From Chloropicon primus (lineage: Eukaryota), in contig CP060763.1 in assembly GCA_023205875.1 (NCBI GenBank), positions 310,001 to 374,000 on the forward strand: a stretch of 64,000 bases of DNA, written 5' to 3'. The notes under the pieces are model-generated. The model was given only the letters and a program-made list of their open reading frames with translations. It was not told where the DNA came from and did no database searches. How positions within the stretch are numbered: position 1 is the first letter of the stretch; each line of letters starts with the position of its first letter. The position numbers and the translations under genes are program-made. This document shows, piece after piece, positions 34,234-45,563 of this stretch.

Positions 34234-34954
34234 GCGGTTTCCTCGCAGCCGCTCGCCAGGTGGCAAGGAAGTTATGAAAACGTTTTCGCCAGGAGCCTCC
34301 GTCCCTCGTCCTGATTCGCTTCTTTCAAAGAAAGTGTGAATACCTATTTCTATGAGAGAACATTCCATTAAAACATGTCTCATACTTATGAAGAATGTCT
34401 TCTGTAGCAAATATCAAATCCATATTCGGTGAGAGATCCTAAGGCCACGTTTTTCGTGTACTCTCATTTTTCGTTTCCTCGAGACCTCGTGTATTGGTGT
34501 ACGAGGTACACTCCTTTTATCGGTTTGACCGGGGAAGGGATCCCACGGAAAGGATTGGCGATGGCCTATGTTCTAGGAGAGGAACCAGCCTTGGGAACCA
34601 TCATCATCCTCATCATCCCGTCATCCGTGGTAGGCAGCAGGACCAGGACTTAGAGGACCAAGAACCTAGCCTGTGGATTCACCTGTGGAGCCTCAGTCTG
34701 GCGTTGGTTTCACTTGGTTTGACGTTTGACTCGATCCAAAACATTGGTCTTGGCTTTGTGTCCATTCCTTTGGATTCCTTTGATTCCTGTGGCAACAAAG
34801 GTTTGGGCTGCTGCTGGAGCGTCGTCCCCCGCCGTTGTTCTTGCTTGGCCACCGGGACTGTGTCCTGAACTTGAGATTCAGCAGCAGAGCACAACACATC
34901 GGCAGCAGCAATCTATCGGCAGCAACTCGATTGTAGAAGTTTCATTCGTTCGTC

Positions 34955-35536
34955 ATGGCACAGACTTGGGAAGGCCGGAACTACAAGGGGCTTCAGAGCG
35001 AGTACAACAAGAAGTTTGTTCCGTTCGAGACGCAGCGGGGGTCTGGCACGAATCATGGCCCGAAGAGCGACTACAAGGAGGGCAGAGACCACTACGTGGT
35101 GTACAACCACACGACAAGCCGGACGGACTATCGGGCCTGGCCCACCAAGGCGGTGTACCACGGGAAGAAGCACGATTACAGGCCGTTCAATGCCAAGTTC
35201 GACTACGACACGACTTATGGGTACGACTTCAATGACAAGAGCGACTTGACTGCGGGGCGTTACGATCCGGACAAGAACATCAACACCATGAGGAACAAGT
35301 TCGTGCCGGAGAGCGTGTCCGAGACTCTCAAGGGGAACTCGACCAACAAGGAGGACTACGTGGACTGGAGGGTGACGAGTACGGTGGAGCCGAACACTGT
35401 GCGACAGACCAGCAACGCCATCCACGAGCTGGAATTCACTGCAAAGTCCCTGTACCAGGACTCGTTCACCCAGTGGCCCCTGCAGAGGACCGTGAACAAG
35501 AAGCACGAGGTGGAGAGGAGCGGGAAGCGTTTCTAG
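34955..35536 (+). CDS. Protein with repeated Mn-like motifs (SAXO/microtubule inner protein-like)
   Basis: Regularly spaced S/T-x-Y-x3-F/Y repeats: SEYNKKF, TSRTDY, TTYGYDF, STNKEDY, SLYQDSF. Confidence 0.6.
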   Translation: MAQTWEGRNYKGLQSEYNKKFVPFETQRGSGTNHGPKSDYKEGRDHYVVYNHTTSRTDYRAWPTKAVYHGKKHDYRPFNAKFDYDTTYGYDFNDKSDLTAGRYDPDKNINTMRNKFVPESVSETLKGNSTNKEDYVDWRVTSTVEPNTVRQTSNAIHELEFTAKSLYQDSFTQWPLQRTVNKKHEVERSGKRF

Positions 35537-35595
35537 GTAAAGGATAGGGACTGTAGTACACAACAAATTCATCATAATTTTAGCGCCACCTGCTT

Positions 35596-36780
35596 TCACA
35601 GCTTGGCCGGGAGCCGCTGGAGGTGAAGGGCGAGCCGCGCCCCGAACTCCGCGTTGTTCTTGACCAGCTTGATGTTGGCCTCGAGGCTCTTTCCCTTGGT
35701 CAGGTCCTTCACCCCCTGGAGGATGAAGGGCGTGATTGCGTTCCCCCTCACGCCCTCCCTCCTCGCTCGCTCCAAGCAGATCTCGATGGCGTTCTCCACC
35801 TCCCTCGCGTCCGCCTGGTCCTCCAACGGGATGGGCACGGCCACGAGGGACCCGCCGAGTTCGAGGTCGTTCTGAGCCCTAACGACGCTCGCGGCTTGGG
35901 AGGCGGAGTCGACCCTCATGGGCGATCTCATGCCGCTGTCCGCCGTGAAAAAAGACGGGAAGTGGTCCTGGCCCGCGGTCATCACGGGAACCCCCTCCGT
36001 CTCCAAGAACTCCAGAGTCTTCGGAATGTCCAGGATGCTCTTCACCCCGGCGCACACGACGCACACGGGCGTCTTCGACAGCTCTCTCAGATCCGTCGAG
36101 ACGTCCCAGGTGGACTCCACCCCCCTGTGCACCCCGCCTATGCCCCCCGTGACGAACACCTTGAGCAGCAGCAAATCGAGGAGCGCAAGGCCTGTCAGCG
36201 CGACGGGCGTTCGTTCGGAGTAAACACAGGCGCCCCTTTCCCGACTCACCTTGATTCCGGCCAAGTGCGCCAGATACATCGTCGCGGAGACGGTCGTGGC
36301 CCCATGAAGGCCGCTCGCCACGACGTAAGCCAAGTCCCTGCGAGACACCTTCTTCACCTACTCACAGAGAGAGGGGTGGGGGGAGGAAGGGGTCAGCAGA
36401 AAGGCGAGGAAGGGGAGGACTCGACTCGACTCGCACTCACCTTGTGGCCCTCCTTGCCGAGCATCTCTATCTCTTCCTTCCCCAAGCCCACGTGGGGCAC
36501 CCCCTCGATAATCGCAATCGTCGCGGGCACTGGAACGGGCATCGCGGCGAGTGGGAAAGCGACCAAAACAAGCGTCAATTCCTCGCGCCCCTCGCCTCTC
36601 TCGTTCCACGACACTTCACTCACCTGCTCCACTGCTTCTTATGATATCCTCCACCTCTAAAGCCGTCCTGACGTTGTTTGGGTACGGCATTCCATGGCAC
36701 AAGATTGTGCTCTCCAGGGCAACCACAGCCTTCCTCAAGCGGAGCGCCTCTTGCACTTCTCTCGACACCTGCACCTTCAT
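35596..36780 (-). CDS. psuG: Pseudouridine-5'-phosphate glycosidase
   Basis: Exons 36780-36624, 36529-36441, 36357-36250 and 36159-35596. Motifs [43 protein letters not shown] and KSILDI.KTLE.LET. Confidence 0.95.
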
Positions 36781-37032
36781 CTCCTCCTCCTCCCTGCACC
36801 TTCGCTTCCACTCCTTCTCCCAGGCTCTACACCCTGCTCCTCGAGTCCAAAACGGGCAAGCGACCCGTCGTTGGAAAGACCTCGAGGTCTAGTTTCGCGT
36901 GGACACTAGCCTCCTCCCCCTTCTTCCCTACCGTCTCCCTCCTCGCCCCGTTCCTCCTCCTCGCTCCCTCGTCTCCCTCGCCCCAGGGAGGAAGCTCACT
37001 GGTTCATTTTTCTTCACGAGCCGGCGGACGTG

Positions 37033-37790
37033 ATGGCTGGAGGATACCCAAAAGGTAACGACGAGGGTGACCGCTTCTCTGTCGGGTCCGAGGAAGGGAA
37101 CGAGGACGAGAGACGAAGCCCGACGCATGCCATGCACTCCTTCGTTCCTCTTTCCCTCGCTCGCGTCTTGCTTCGTGTTCGACGACGGTCAGGACCTTTA
37201 TGCCCCATTTGAATTAGGTTTTGACACCAAGCTTTTGCTTTGTTTGTGCAACACGCAGACGTGTGGACACCGTCCGGTGGATGGTATGCGGATCCAAGAG
37301 GATGGCGGAAAAATACCGCACTGGCCTTCGGGTATGTTGCTCTCTCCCTCTCTCCCTCTCTCCCTCTCCCTCTCTCTCTCAACGTTTTTTCTCGCTCGTT
37401 TGTTTCATGGGGAAGGAAGGAGTTGTCTGACACCGAACTCAAATGGTTTGGCTTTTGGTTTCCAACGAAATTCTTTTCCTTTCTTCATGAATGGATCGAA
37501 TCGAGCAGGTGTGTTGCGCTTGTGCTCGTGCCGCTGTGGATGAAGTCCGTGGACATGGAGGTGAGTGTTTGCATAATACGGCAGTATGTGGCATATGTGT
37601 GCGTGGGGTCGGCTGACGAGTTGTTCTTGTTGTCCATCCTTTTTTCCTTCTTGCTCTGCGGCTCGGCTTGGCTCTCGGTGTTCAGAAACGGCATAGGCAG
37701 CCCACCCACTGGATCCCATCGATGCTGTGGACCCCAAAGAAGAACCTTGACTCGAGTTACGGAGTGGAGGAGAACTTGAAAGGAAAGTGA
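37033..37790 (+). CDS. Small single-TM mitochondrial protein, complex I accessory subunit NUUM-like
   Basis: Exons 37033-37054, 37259-37331, 37509-37560 and 37686-37790 give MAGGYPKDVWTPSGGWYADPRGWRKNTALAFGCVALVLVPLWMKSVDMEKRHRQPTHWIPSMLW. Confidence 0.8.
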
Positions 37791-38025
37791 GCGGGCGAAA
37801 GGAGCCGAGAAACGCAAGTGACCGGCGTAAAAGACTATTGAGCTTGTAGGTGATTTTCTTTTCACTTCGGAATGAATTTCTTCTATTTTTTTTCTTTTCA
37901 CTTCATAAACGTCTCCCCCCCGTGACAATTATATATCAACAACATCTTCGAAGAGGGGAGCCGGCACCAGGTTTACTTTAGTTTTTTTCGCACATGCTAA
38001 CAGACTTGGAATGCGCTGAGTGAGC

Positions 38026-39179
38026 TCAGACGTCGTCAGCCTCCTCGACCTTGATGTCGGTGTCCTTTCCTTCTCCCTGGTCGTTCATGTCAGAAGTCCA
38101 CAGGGTCAAGTTGTCCCTCAAAAGCTGCATGATCAATGTCGAGTCCTTGTAGGATTCCTCGCCCAAAGTATCGAGCTCAGCGATGGCCTCGTCGAAGGCC
38201 TGCTTGGCGAGGTGGCAGGCTCTCTCGGGGGAGTTCAGGATCTCATAGTAGAACACGGAAAAGTTGAGGGCCAAACCAAGCCTGATAGGGTGGGTTGGGG
38301 CCAACTCCTCCAAGGAGATGTCCTGGGCGGACCTGTAAGCGTGCAAGGTCGCCTCGGCAGCCTCCTTCCTCTCCTGCCCCGTCTTGAACTCGGCCAGATA
38401 CCTGTGGTAGTCACCCTTCATCTTAAGATAGAAAACCTTGCTCTCCCCACTGGTCGACGAGGGGATCAGGTAGGTGTCCAAGAGACCGAGGATGCTGTTG
38501 CAGATCTCGTTCAGCTCCTTCTCCACCACGCTGCGGTACTTCTTGATGCGGGTAGCGTTGTCGTTGTTGCCCTTACTCTCCTCCTTCTGCTCGATGCTGG
38601 AGATGATACGCCAAGAGGCACGCCTGGCTCCGATGACGTTCTTGTACGCCACGGACAACAGGTTACGCTCCTCCACGCTCAGTTCCTTCTCGTCCACCAT
38701 CTGCGCCACCTTCTTCATCTCCTCCACCATCTCATCGTACCTCTCCGCCTAACAAAAACAAAAACAAAACAAAAACAAAAACAAAAACAATCCCAGACAC
38801 AGACAAGACAGTGAGGGATGACATTGAGTTGGAACAAGCATGCAATACTCGAGTCAGTGACAAGAGAACAAGAACAACAACAACGACAACAACGACGACA
38901 ACGACGAAGACGACGGTGAAACCCTAAGAAAGCTGAGGAAGGAAGGAGGGAACAATTGAGTTGGACCCGTGTTGGGCAGACGGCGGGACTCCCCATGGGC
39001 ATCCTTGTCCTTGCCCCAACCACCTCCCCCCTCAAACCCCAAAGCTCGAGAAAACAAAAACCTTTTTTCTTTTTTTTCGTGTTTCGTTTTTGTTTTTGTT
39101 TGCTTTTTTTTTGACGCACCTGCTCGGCGAGCTTGGCCATGTAGACGCACTCGTCCCTGTCGACTGCACCGTACTCCAT
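38026..39179 (-). CDS. 14-3-3 protein
   Basis: Exons 39179-39120 and 38748-38026. Motifs [23 protein letters not shown] and [19 protein letters not shown]. Confidence 0.98.
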
Positions 39180-39726
39180 TGTTGCTCTCTTCGCTCTCTC
39201 CTCTCTCTTCGCTCTGTCTCTGTCTTGTCGGTTGGTGTCCGCGCTAGGTTTTGCTTTTTGTGCCCGTTCCCTCCTTCGGCCCCTGGCCCTGGAGGGAATC
39301 AATCTCGTGACAATTGAGGGGAGGAGATCGAGGAGGAGATCGAGGTCGAGGAGGAGAGGGAGGAGAGGGAGGAGAGGAGGGGGAGGGAGGGGGATGTGGA
39401 TGGAGGGGGAGGAATGGTGGTTTGGGTTTTGGGTTGGGTTCACTTGGGGATTGTGTCTTTTCCTTGCACATGAAGGAAGAGTGATGGATGTGATCTCCCC
39501 TGGCCAAGCCAAGCCAAGCCCAAAGGCAGGAGATCAAGGAGGAGGAGAGGAGGAGGGAATAATCATCCCACCATGGATGCGGGGAGGCAAGCTGCAAAAG
39601 TGTTGAGGTTGCAGTCCACATACACACAATTCTGCTTCGTGTTGTGGCGTGCACCGTCACCACCAACGCTTCGAAATCAAGATAAAATAGAATAAATATC
39701 AGGCGACGACGACGACCCGCCCTCGT

Positions 39727-40626
39727 TTACGACGTCGTCGTCGCCTTGGCGTCGCCGTCTTCTCGTTCGTCGCCGTCTTTCTTCTTGGGCTTGTAGAACA
39801 GGTTTGATAGGCCCTGCACGGTGTCTGTTCCCTGATGATACACCCTCTCCGCGACGGCGGACCCGACGGAAGCACTGGCAGCGACGCAGGCAGCGCCGCT
39901 CTTCATGCCTTGGGAACAGACCGAGGAGGAGTCAGGAAAGGGACCGGCGATGAGACCGGGCGACGGAGAGAGGATAACTCACCTGCAGCTGCCCCCAGTG
40001 GCCCCGCAATCACAGCTCCCACAGATGCCTGGCGTGACACACCGACAGACAGACAGAGGACCGTGTCAGTGTCAGTGGTTGGTTTTGAAGCGCGTTAGAC
40101 TCGCTCGCGAAGCAAGGTCGCCCAGACTTACCCCAGCAACTGCTCCCACCACCACCGTTGGCCTCTGTGCTTGCTCTACAATATACTTCCCGACTTGAGA
40201 GTACAGAGGCACCTTCCTCGTTCCCTCCTCCTCCTTCTCCTCCTCCTTCTCCTCCTCCTTCTCCGCCTGAGCAACAACAACGTCCTCGTCCTCGTCCTCC
40301 TCACTCAACCGAGGCTGGTTCCCCTCGTCAAGAATCTCATCCAGCTCCTCCAGCTCCACCTCTGCAACACACAAAAAAATAAAACAAAAAAAAAACAGTC
40401 AGCAACACAATCCCCCATCATCCTCAACCTCATCCTCATCCTCATCCTTATCCTCATCCTCCTCATCCTTATCCTTTCTATCTCGTCAACGCTTTCCGTT
40501 TCTCTCCGCAGAGGAGCCGAGGCGGTCGTGACCTCCTCGTCGTCGTCGTCCTCGTCGTCGTCGTCACTTACGTCGAGCGGGAAGCAACCGGCTGGTGAGG
40601 TCCGTCACCGTCGTCGACCAGCTCAT
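39727..40626 (-). CDS. Small acidic protein with glycine-zipper hydrophobic segment (4 exons)
   Basis: Exons 40626-40572, 40361-40132, 40028-39983 and 39908-39727 join in frame via canonical splice sites. Segment VVGAVAGASVGAVIAGPLGAAAG. Confidence 0.7.
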
Positions 40627-40714
40627 CGCACTTCTGTCCCTCACTCCCTCGGACAAACCTGGTGGCTGTCGACTGTCGAGTGGATGGTTGAAAGATTGCG
40701 CGAAGAGAGGAAGG

Positions 40715-41000
40715 CGAGAAGAGGAACGGACGGTGACCACCACAAACGGAAGCGTCTTGTCGTGATATTTCCAACGATACCAAGCTTGATAGGTTTCAGT
40801 GGAGGACGAGGTCAACGTCATCGTCATTGTCATCCCACACATCCAACTCCAATCCAGCAGAGGAGAGGAGACGAGTGAAGGTAAGGAGGAGTTGTGAAGG
40901 AGAAGAGGAGACCGCTACGACGACAGGAAGCGTTTTGTCGTGATATTTCCAACGATACCAAGCTTGATAGGTTTCAAGGGAGGACGAGGTCATCGTCATC
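40715..41000. repeat. Tandem dimer, 178-bp period, in a divergent promoter
   Basis: GGAAGCGT.TTGTCGTGATATTTCCAACGATACCAAGCTTGATAGGTTTCA at 40748 and 40926. Confidence 0.9.
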
Positions 41001-41106
41001 TCTGGTGTTCTGCAGCCAGCTGGAGCGACCTGGATCCTTCGATACAACGAGCGGCTGGGTTTGAGGAGGCAGGCCAATCGTTGTGAAGCCCTTAAGCCGG
41101 TGGGTG

Positions 41107-42250
41107 ATGTCTGGGAGGATCGGTGGCCGGCTGGAACGACTTGGTTGCTGGAACAGAAGCGGTGCGCTCACCAATCGAGCACTAGGATTGTTTGGGCTGC
41201 CTGCTGGGAGAGGCATGAGAGGTTCCACTCGAGCACTGGGGACTCGAATTGATTCGCACTTGCACGTTTGGTCGCCCAAGGAGGAGGCTGAGACTTTCCC
41301 GTACTACGGGGCTCTGATAGGATCGGATGCGAAGGCGAACGAGCCGCCGATGCCAGGTTACGCGGAGCTTCTGTTGGAGCAGATGAAGTCGGCCGGCGTG
41401 AGCCAGGCCGTGATCGTTCAGCCTGGGAACCACATGTTTGACCACAAGTACGTCTCCCACGTGCTGCAGAGGTATCCAAAGGAATTTGTTGGAGTCTTGC
41501 TGGCCAATCCAGCGGAAGGGGCCGGCGCGGGCGCCTTGGAATTGGAGCGATTGGTGCGCGAAGGCTACTCGGGGGTCAGGTTCAACCCTTACCTGTGGCC
41601 GGAGGGAGAGCAGATGACCAACTCCGTCGGCCGTGCGATGTACGAGAAAGCCGGCCAGCTCGGCGTCCCTGTCTCCCACATGCCCTTCAAAGGTGAGTGC
41701 CCCGCGAAAATCCTTCCTTTCCTCCGCGGCGTCGTTCCCGTGCCTGCGCTCTCCTGTTGACCGCCCTTCTTCGTCTGCTGCCGTGTGCCCCTTCTCCCCC
41801 GCAGGTCTGCTGAACCACATCGACGAGATCAAGACACTGGCGGACACTTTCCCCTCCACCAAGTTCATCGTCGACCACTACGGTTTCTGCAAGTGCGACG
41901 ACTTGGAGAGCGACGAGTGGAAAGCGCTCTTGGATCTCGCCAAGTACCCCCAAGCGTACGTGAAGCTCAGTGCGAGCTTCAGGGTCTCACGGAAGCCTTA
42001 CCCGCACGTGGACGTCCGAAAGGCAATCCGCAACTTGATCGAGGCTTTTGGCGCCTCCAGGCTGATGTGGGGCAGCGACTTCCCTTGGATCACCGAGGAG
42101 GAGGGCGGCTACCTCGGAGCTTGGAACATCATCCAAGACGGCAACGAGGCTTGTGGGGGACAGAAACTCCTGAGCTCCGAAGAGGAGGAGTGGATCTACT
42201 CCAAGACAGCTTGTGAACTCTTCCCTAAACTGAACTTGAACAACAATTAA
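41107..42250 (+). CDS. Amidohydrolase_2 family metal-dependent hydrolase
   Basis: Motifs IDSHLHVW, AVIVQP, GVRFNP, VDHYG, YVKLS and RLMWGSDFPW. Intron 41693-41804; alternative start at 41215. Confidence 0.9.
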
Positions 42251-42682
42251 CACCATCACCCTCCACCACCATCACCATCACCATCACCATCACCTTCGCT
42301 TCCTCCTCATTCTCATCAAGTGATGGCTCTTTGGAAAGAGAGAGAGAGAGAGAGAGACCAAGACCAGGAGCAAGAGACATGTCCAATAGATCAATCATGA
42401 TCCTCTCCTCCTCCTCCTTTATCCCCTCATCATGACCATCCATCATCACCGCCCTCCAGTTTTCGAGGCTTATCCAGAAACGGAGATCTTTTTCGTCAGG
42501 AGCGGCGCTCCAGAGGGAGACGAAGAGAGTGTCACGGCGTCGAAGGCTTGGCGCGGCCGAGGACAGCGCGACGCGGAAGAGGACCTCGCGACCTTTCAAT
42601 CGGTGCATCACACGACGACGGTGTTTGGTTTTTCGGAAGCGGTTCGAGTTTTGGAGGGCAAAGCATCGAAAAACTCACCAGC

Positions 42683-43789
42683 ATGATGGTTTGCCAGAAG
42701 CAGAGGCTGGCGTCGTTGTCGTGGAGAGGGGGAGGCGGAGCGCGAGGCGGAGTGCGAGGAGCGAGCGCCAGCAAGCGCGTCCTTCGCACGAGAGCCGGTG
42801 GTTTGAGTTTCAAGAAGTTTGGAAAGATTTTGGAGGAGAAGGCGAAGGCGGACTGGAACAGAGTCTTCGAAGGGACGGAGAAGACGAGAGAGCGGCTTGG
42901 GGTCGTGGACGAGCTTTTGTGTTACTGGAACTTGGACGATTCGGAGGATACTCTGGAGGAGCTCGAGGATGCCCTGATAGCGTCTGACTTCGGCCCCGGG
43001 GCTGCTCTGACTCTGGTGGACAGCCTGCGGGACAGGATAAGGGAGGGGGAGATCAAGGACCAGGGAGGGCTGAAGAAGGAGCTGAAGAAGAACATGGTGG
43101 GGATTCTGGAGTCTGCCTCCATCAATTCAGGGAGCGGAGAGCTGGCAATGAGCGGAAAGGGCCTGTCTGTGATCCTCATCGTTGGCGTGAACGGCGGTGG
43201 GAAGACGACGACGGTTGGGAAACTCTCCAACAGGTTCGCGAAGGAGGGGTACAAGGTCACCCTCGCCGCCGGAGACACTTTCAGGGCGGCCGCAAAGGAG
43301 CAGCTGGAGGTTTGGGCGGAGAGGACGGGCGCGACCGTTGCCGACTACCCTGCTGACATGGAGAAGCCGAATCCCATCGAGGTGCTCAAGCACGCCGCAG
43401 AGCAGTCTGTGGAAGCAGAGTCCGACTCGAGCCTTTTGATCTGCGACACGAGCGGAAGGATTCACAACAACTTCAAGCTCATGGATGAGATTGAAAAGTG
43501 CAAGAAGGTCCTGTCGGAGGTCAAGGACGGGGCGCCGAACGAGACTCTTCTCGTCCTCGACAGCACGACGGGCCTGAACATGCTGAACCAGGCCAGGGAA
43601 TTCAACGACTACATCGGCATCACTGGCCTCGTTCTCACAAAGCTCGATGGGACTGCAAGGGGCGGAGCGGTCATTGGAGTCGTTCAGGAGTTGGGAATCC
43701 CGATAAAATTCATCGGAGTTGGGGAGACTGTGGATGACCTGCAACCCTTTAACGCTGAAGCTTTTGTTGATGGGATCCTGTCCTCGTAA
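42683..43789 (+). CDS. ftsY: Chloroplast SRP receptor FtsY
   Basis: Motifs GVNGGGKTTTVGKL, AGDTFRAAA, DTSGR, TKLDGTARGG and PIKFIGVGE; transit peptide. Confidence 0.96.
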   Translation: MMVCQKQRLASLSWRGGGGARGGVRGASASKRVLRTRAGGLSFKKFGKILEEKAKADWNRVFEGTEKTRERLGVVDELLCYWNLDDSEDTLEELEDALIASDFGPGAALTLVDSLRDRIREGEIKDQGGLKKELKKNMVGILESASINSGSGELAMSGKGLSVILIVGVNGGGKTTTVGKLSNRFAKEGYKVTLAAGDTFRAAAKEQLEVWAERTGATVADYPADMEKPNPIEVLKHAAEQSVEAESDSSLLICDTSGRIHNNFKLMDEIEKCKKVLSEVKDGAPNETLLVLDSTTGLNMLNQAREFNDYIGITGLVLTKLDGTARGGAVIGVVQELGIPIKFIGVGETVDDLQPFNAEAFVDGILSS

Positions 43790-43851
43790 AAAAAGCAAGC
43801 AAGAAGAAGAAAACAAGATTTTGTACTGTATAGCAATTGAAACATCTCATA

Positions 43852-45024
43852 TTAACGTTGTCCAAAGAGTCTTGGTTGGTTTGACTTCCTGCTCAGGTTC
43901 TTCTTCATCTCCGCCGTCCTCGCCCTGAACTCCGAAGGAATGTCCGTCCCCCTGTAGGACTCCACCACTTGCCTCACGTCCGGAAGCTGTGACCTGACGA
44001 TCATCTCGAGGAATGGCATGAGGTCCAACAGCGTGGTGTCCCCGGCCTCCATCTTCCAGGGCTTGATCTCTATCGCGTTTGGAATGCTCGTGCAATTCTT
44101 CGGGTCGCTTGTCACGTACAGGACCCTCTTAAGGTCCCTGTTCAGACGCTTCAAGTCTCTATAGTGCTTTCCATCCTCGTACAAAGTAGCGTCCCTGTAG
44201 AGCCTGTAAGGCACGTACCGCTCGGGGTCAAGCCTCTCCATGATGGGCTCGCCATACGTCGACAGCTGGCCGGTGTAGACCACGATTTCGTAGAACTGCG
44301 ACATGTGCCTGAGAAACTCTTCTACCCCTGGTCTCTTGAAGGTGCGCCAGCCCCTCTCCCGCCTCCAGTCCGAGTGCACCAGCGTCTCGTCGAGGTCAAG
44401 CACGAGCGTCCTCATGTACTGAGCCGCAGGGGGAGGGAGATCGGGCAAGAGCTTCTCGCTCGACGGGTCAGAGAACTGCTTCACGTTGTCCTCCATCTCT
44501 TCCCTCCAGGTCGCGTAGGACCGCACGAGGGACAGCACACCTTCCGGTGCTTGGTTCTCGTACTGATCTGCGATCTTGTTCACGTCCTTGCTATCGAAAG
44601 CGTACCCCGCCAGGCCCGCAGATCCGCAAACGCCGAGAAACGCCATGGCAAACACCGACGTCCCCTTGGCCGCCTTCTCCGCATGCTCCGCACCACCACC
44701 ACCTCCACCACCCGCCGCCTTCTCGAGCACCACTCCCTCGAACGCAGACTTCTTCACCGCCGCCCCCTTGCCTCCCTCCTTCACCCCAGCGGCTCCTCCT
44801 TTCACCTCCGCCGAAGACGCCCCTGTCGACCTCGCCTCGCCACTCGCCCACCGCCTCTGGCACTGCCTCGCCACCTTCCAACGCCTCACCCACTCAAACG
44901 CTTTCCCGACACCACCGGCACCGACACCGACCTTCAACTCATGGCAACCCAAAGTCGTGGCGTGTGCCTCCGTCGTCGACTTGCTCGTTGCCTGAGCCAA
45001 CCGCCTCAGAGCTCCTGCTATCAT
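43852..45024 (-). CDS. TIM50: Mitochondrial import translocase subunit TIM50
   Basis: Presequence, one TM helix, then KLLPD, TLVLDLDETLVHSDW.RERGWRTFKRPG, YRLYRDAT and LNRDL. Confidence 0.93.
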   Translation of the reverse strand: MIAGALRRLAQATSKSTTEAHATTLGCHELKVGVGAGGVGKAFEWVRRWKVARQCQRRWASGEARSTGASSAEVKGGAAGVKEGGKGAAVKKSAFEGVVLEKAAGGGGGGGAEHAEKAAKGTSVFAMAFLGVCGSAGLAGYAFDSKDVNKIADQYENQAPEGVLSLVRSYATWREEMEDNVKQFSDPSSEKLLPDLPPPAAQYMRTLVLDLDETLVHSDWRRERGWRTFKRPGVEEFLRHMSQFYEIVVYTGQLSTYGEPIMERLDPERYVPYRLYRDATLYEDGKHYRDLKRLNRDLKRVLYVTSDPKNCTSIPNAIEIKPWKMEAGDTTLLDLMPFLEMIVRSQLPDVRQVVESYRGTDIPSEFRARTAEMKKNLSRKSNQPRLFGQR

Positions 45025-45035
45025 TCCTCCACCGC

Positions 45036-45095
<60 letters not shown>

Positions 45096-45511
45096 CACGC
45101 GCCTGGCGCCGATCTCATCATGGATGAGAGGGAGGGAGCGAAGGTGGTGATACTTTAAGAAAGCAAGGACCAACAGTGCCGAGGTTCAGCACGAGCAAAG
45201 GAGGTTGGACTCGATCCTGTCTCAACTCAAAAAATGGGTGACTCTATATCACAACACGCACCAAAAAAAAACCAAAAAAACCAAAAAAAAACTAATCCCT
45301 CTTCCCACCAGTCCGCAAGAACAGCCGGACAACCGGTCAAGAACGGCCAAGCCTTGTCCTGCTCCCGCCCTTTCTCCCTTGCTTCCTGAAGCGGGAAAAG
45401 ATCCTTCCAGCCAACTCGACAGCGGAAGCAAAAAAAACACAGGCTTCGAGACACCCTTGGCCCCAAGAACGCTCGAAGCCTGCAAGACAAAAAACTACGT
45501 GTTGCGAGAAG

Positions 45512-45552
<41 letters not shown>

Positions 45553-45563
45553 GCGCATGCGTC

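Noticed and set aside
28924..36780. Nucleotide-metabolism cluster (dNK, purF, psuG; purH 30 kb away) and scattered ribosome-biogenesis genes
   Set aside because: They are interspersed with unrelated genes and belong to different pathways and compartments. This is compatible with chance in a compact genome.
39817..39924. Inverted repeat CGGTGTCTGTTCCC...GGGAACAGACCG with TGATGA (SECIS/snoRNA-like)
   Set aside because: It overlaps the last exon and acceptor site of the minus-strand gene. There is no D box and no in-frame Sec codon nearby.
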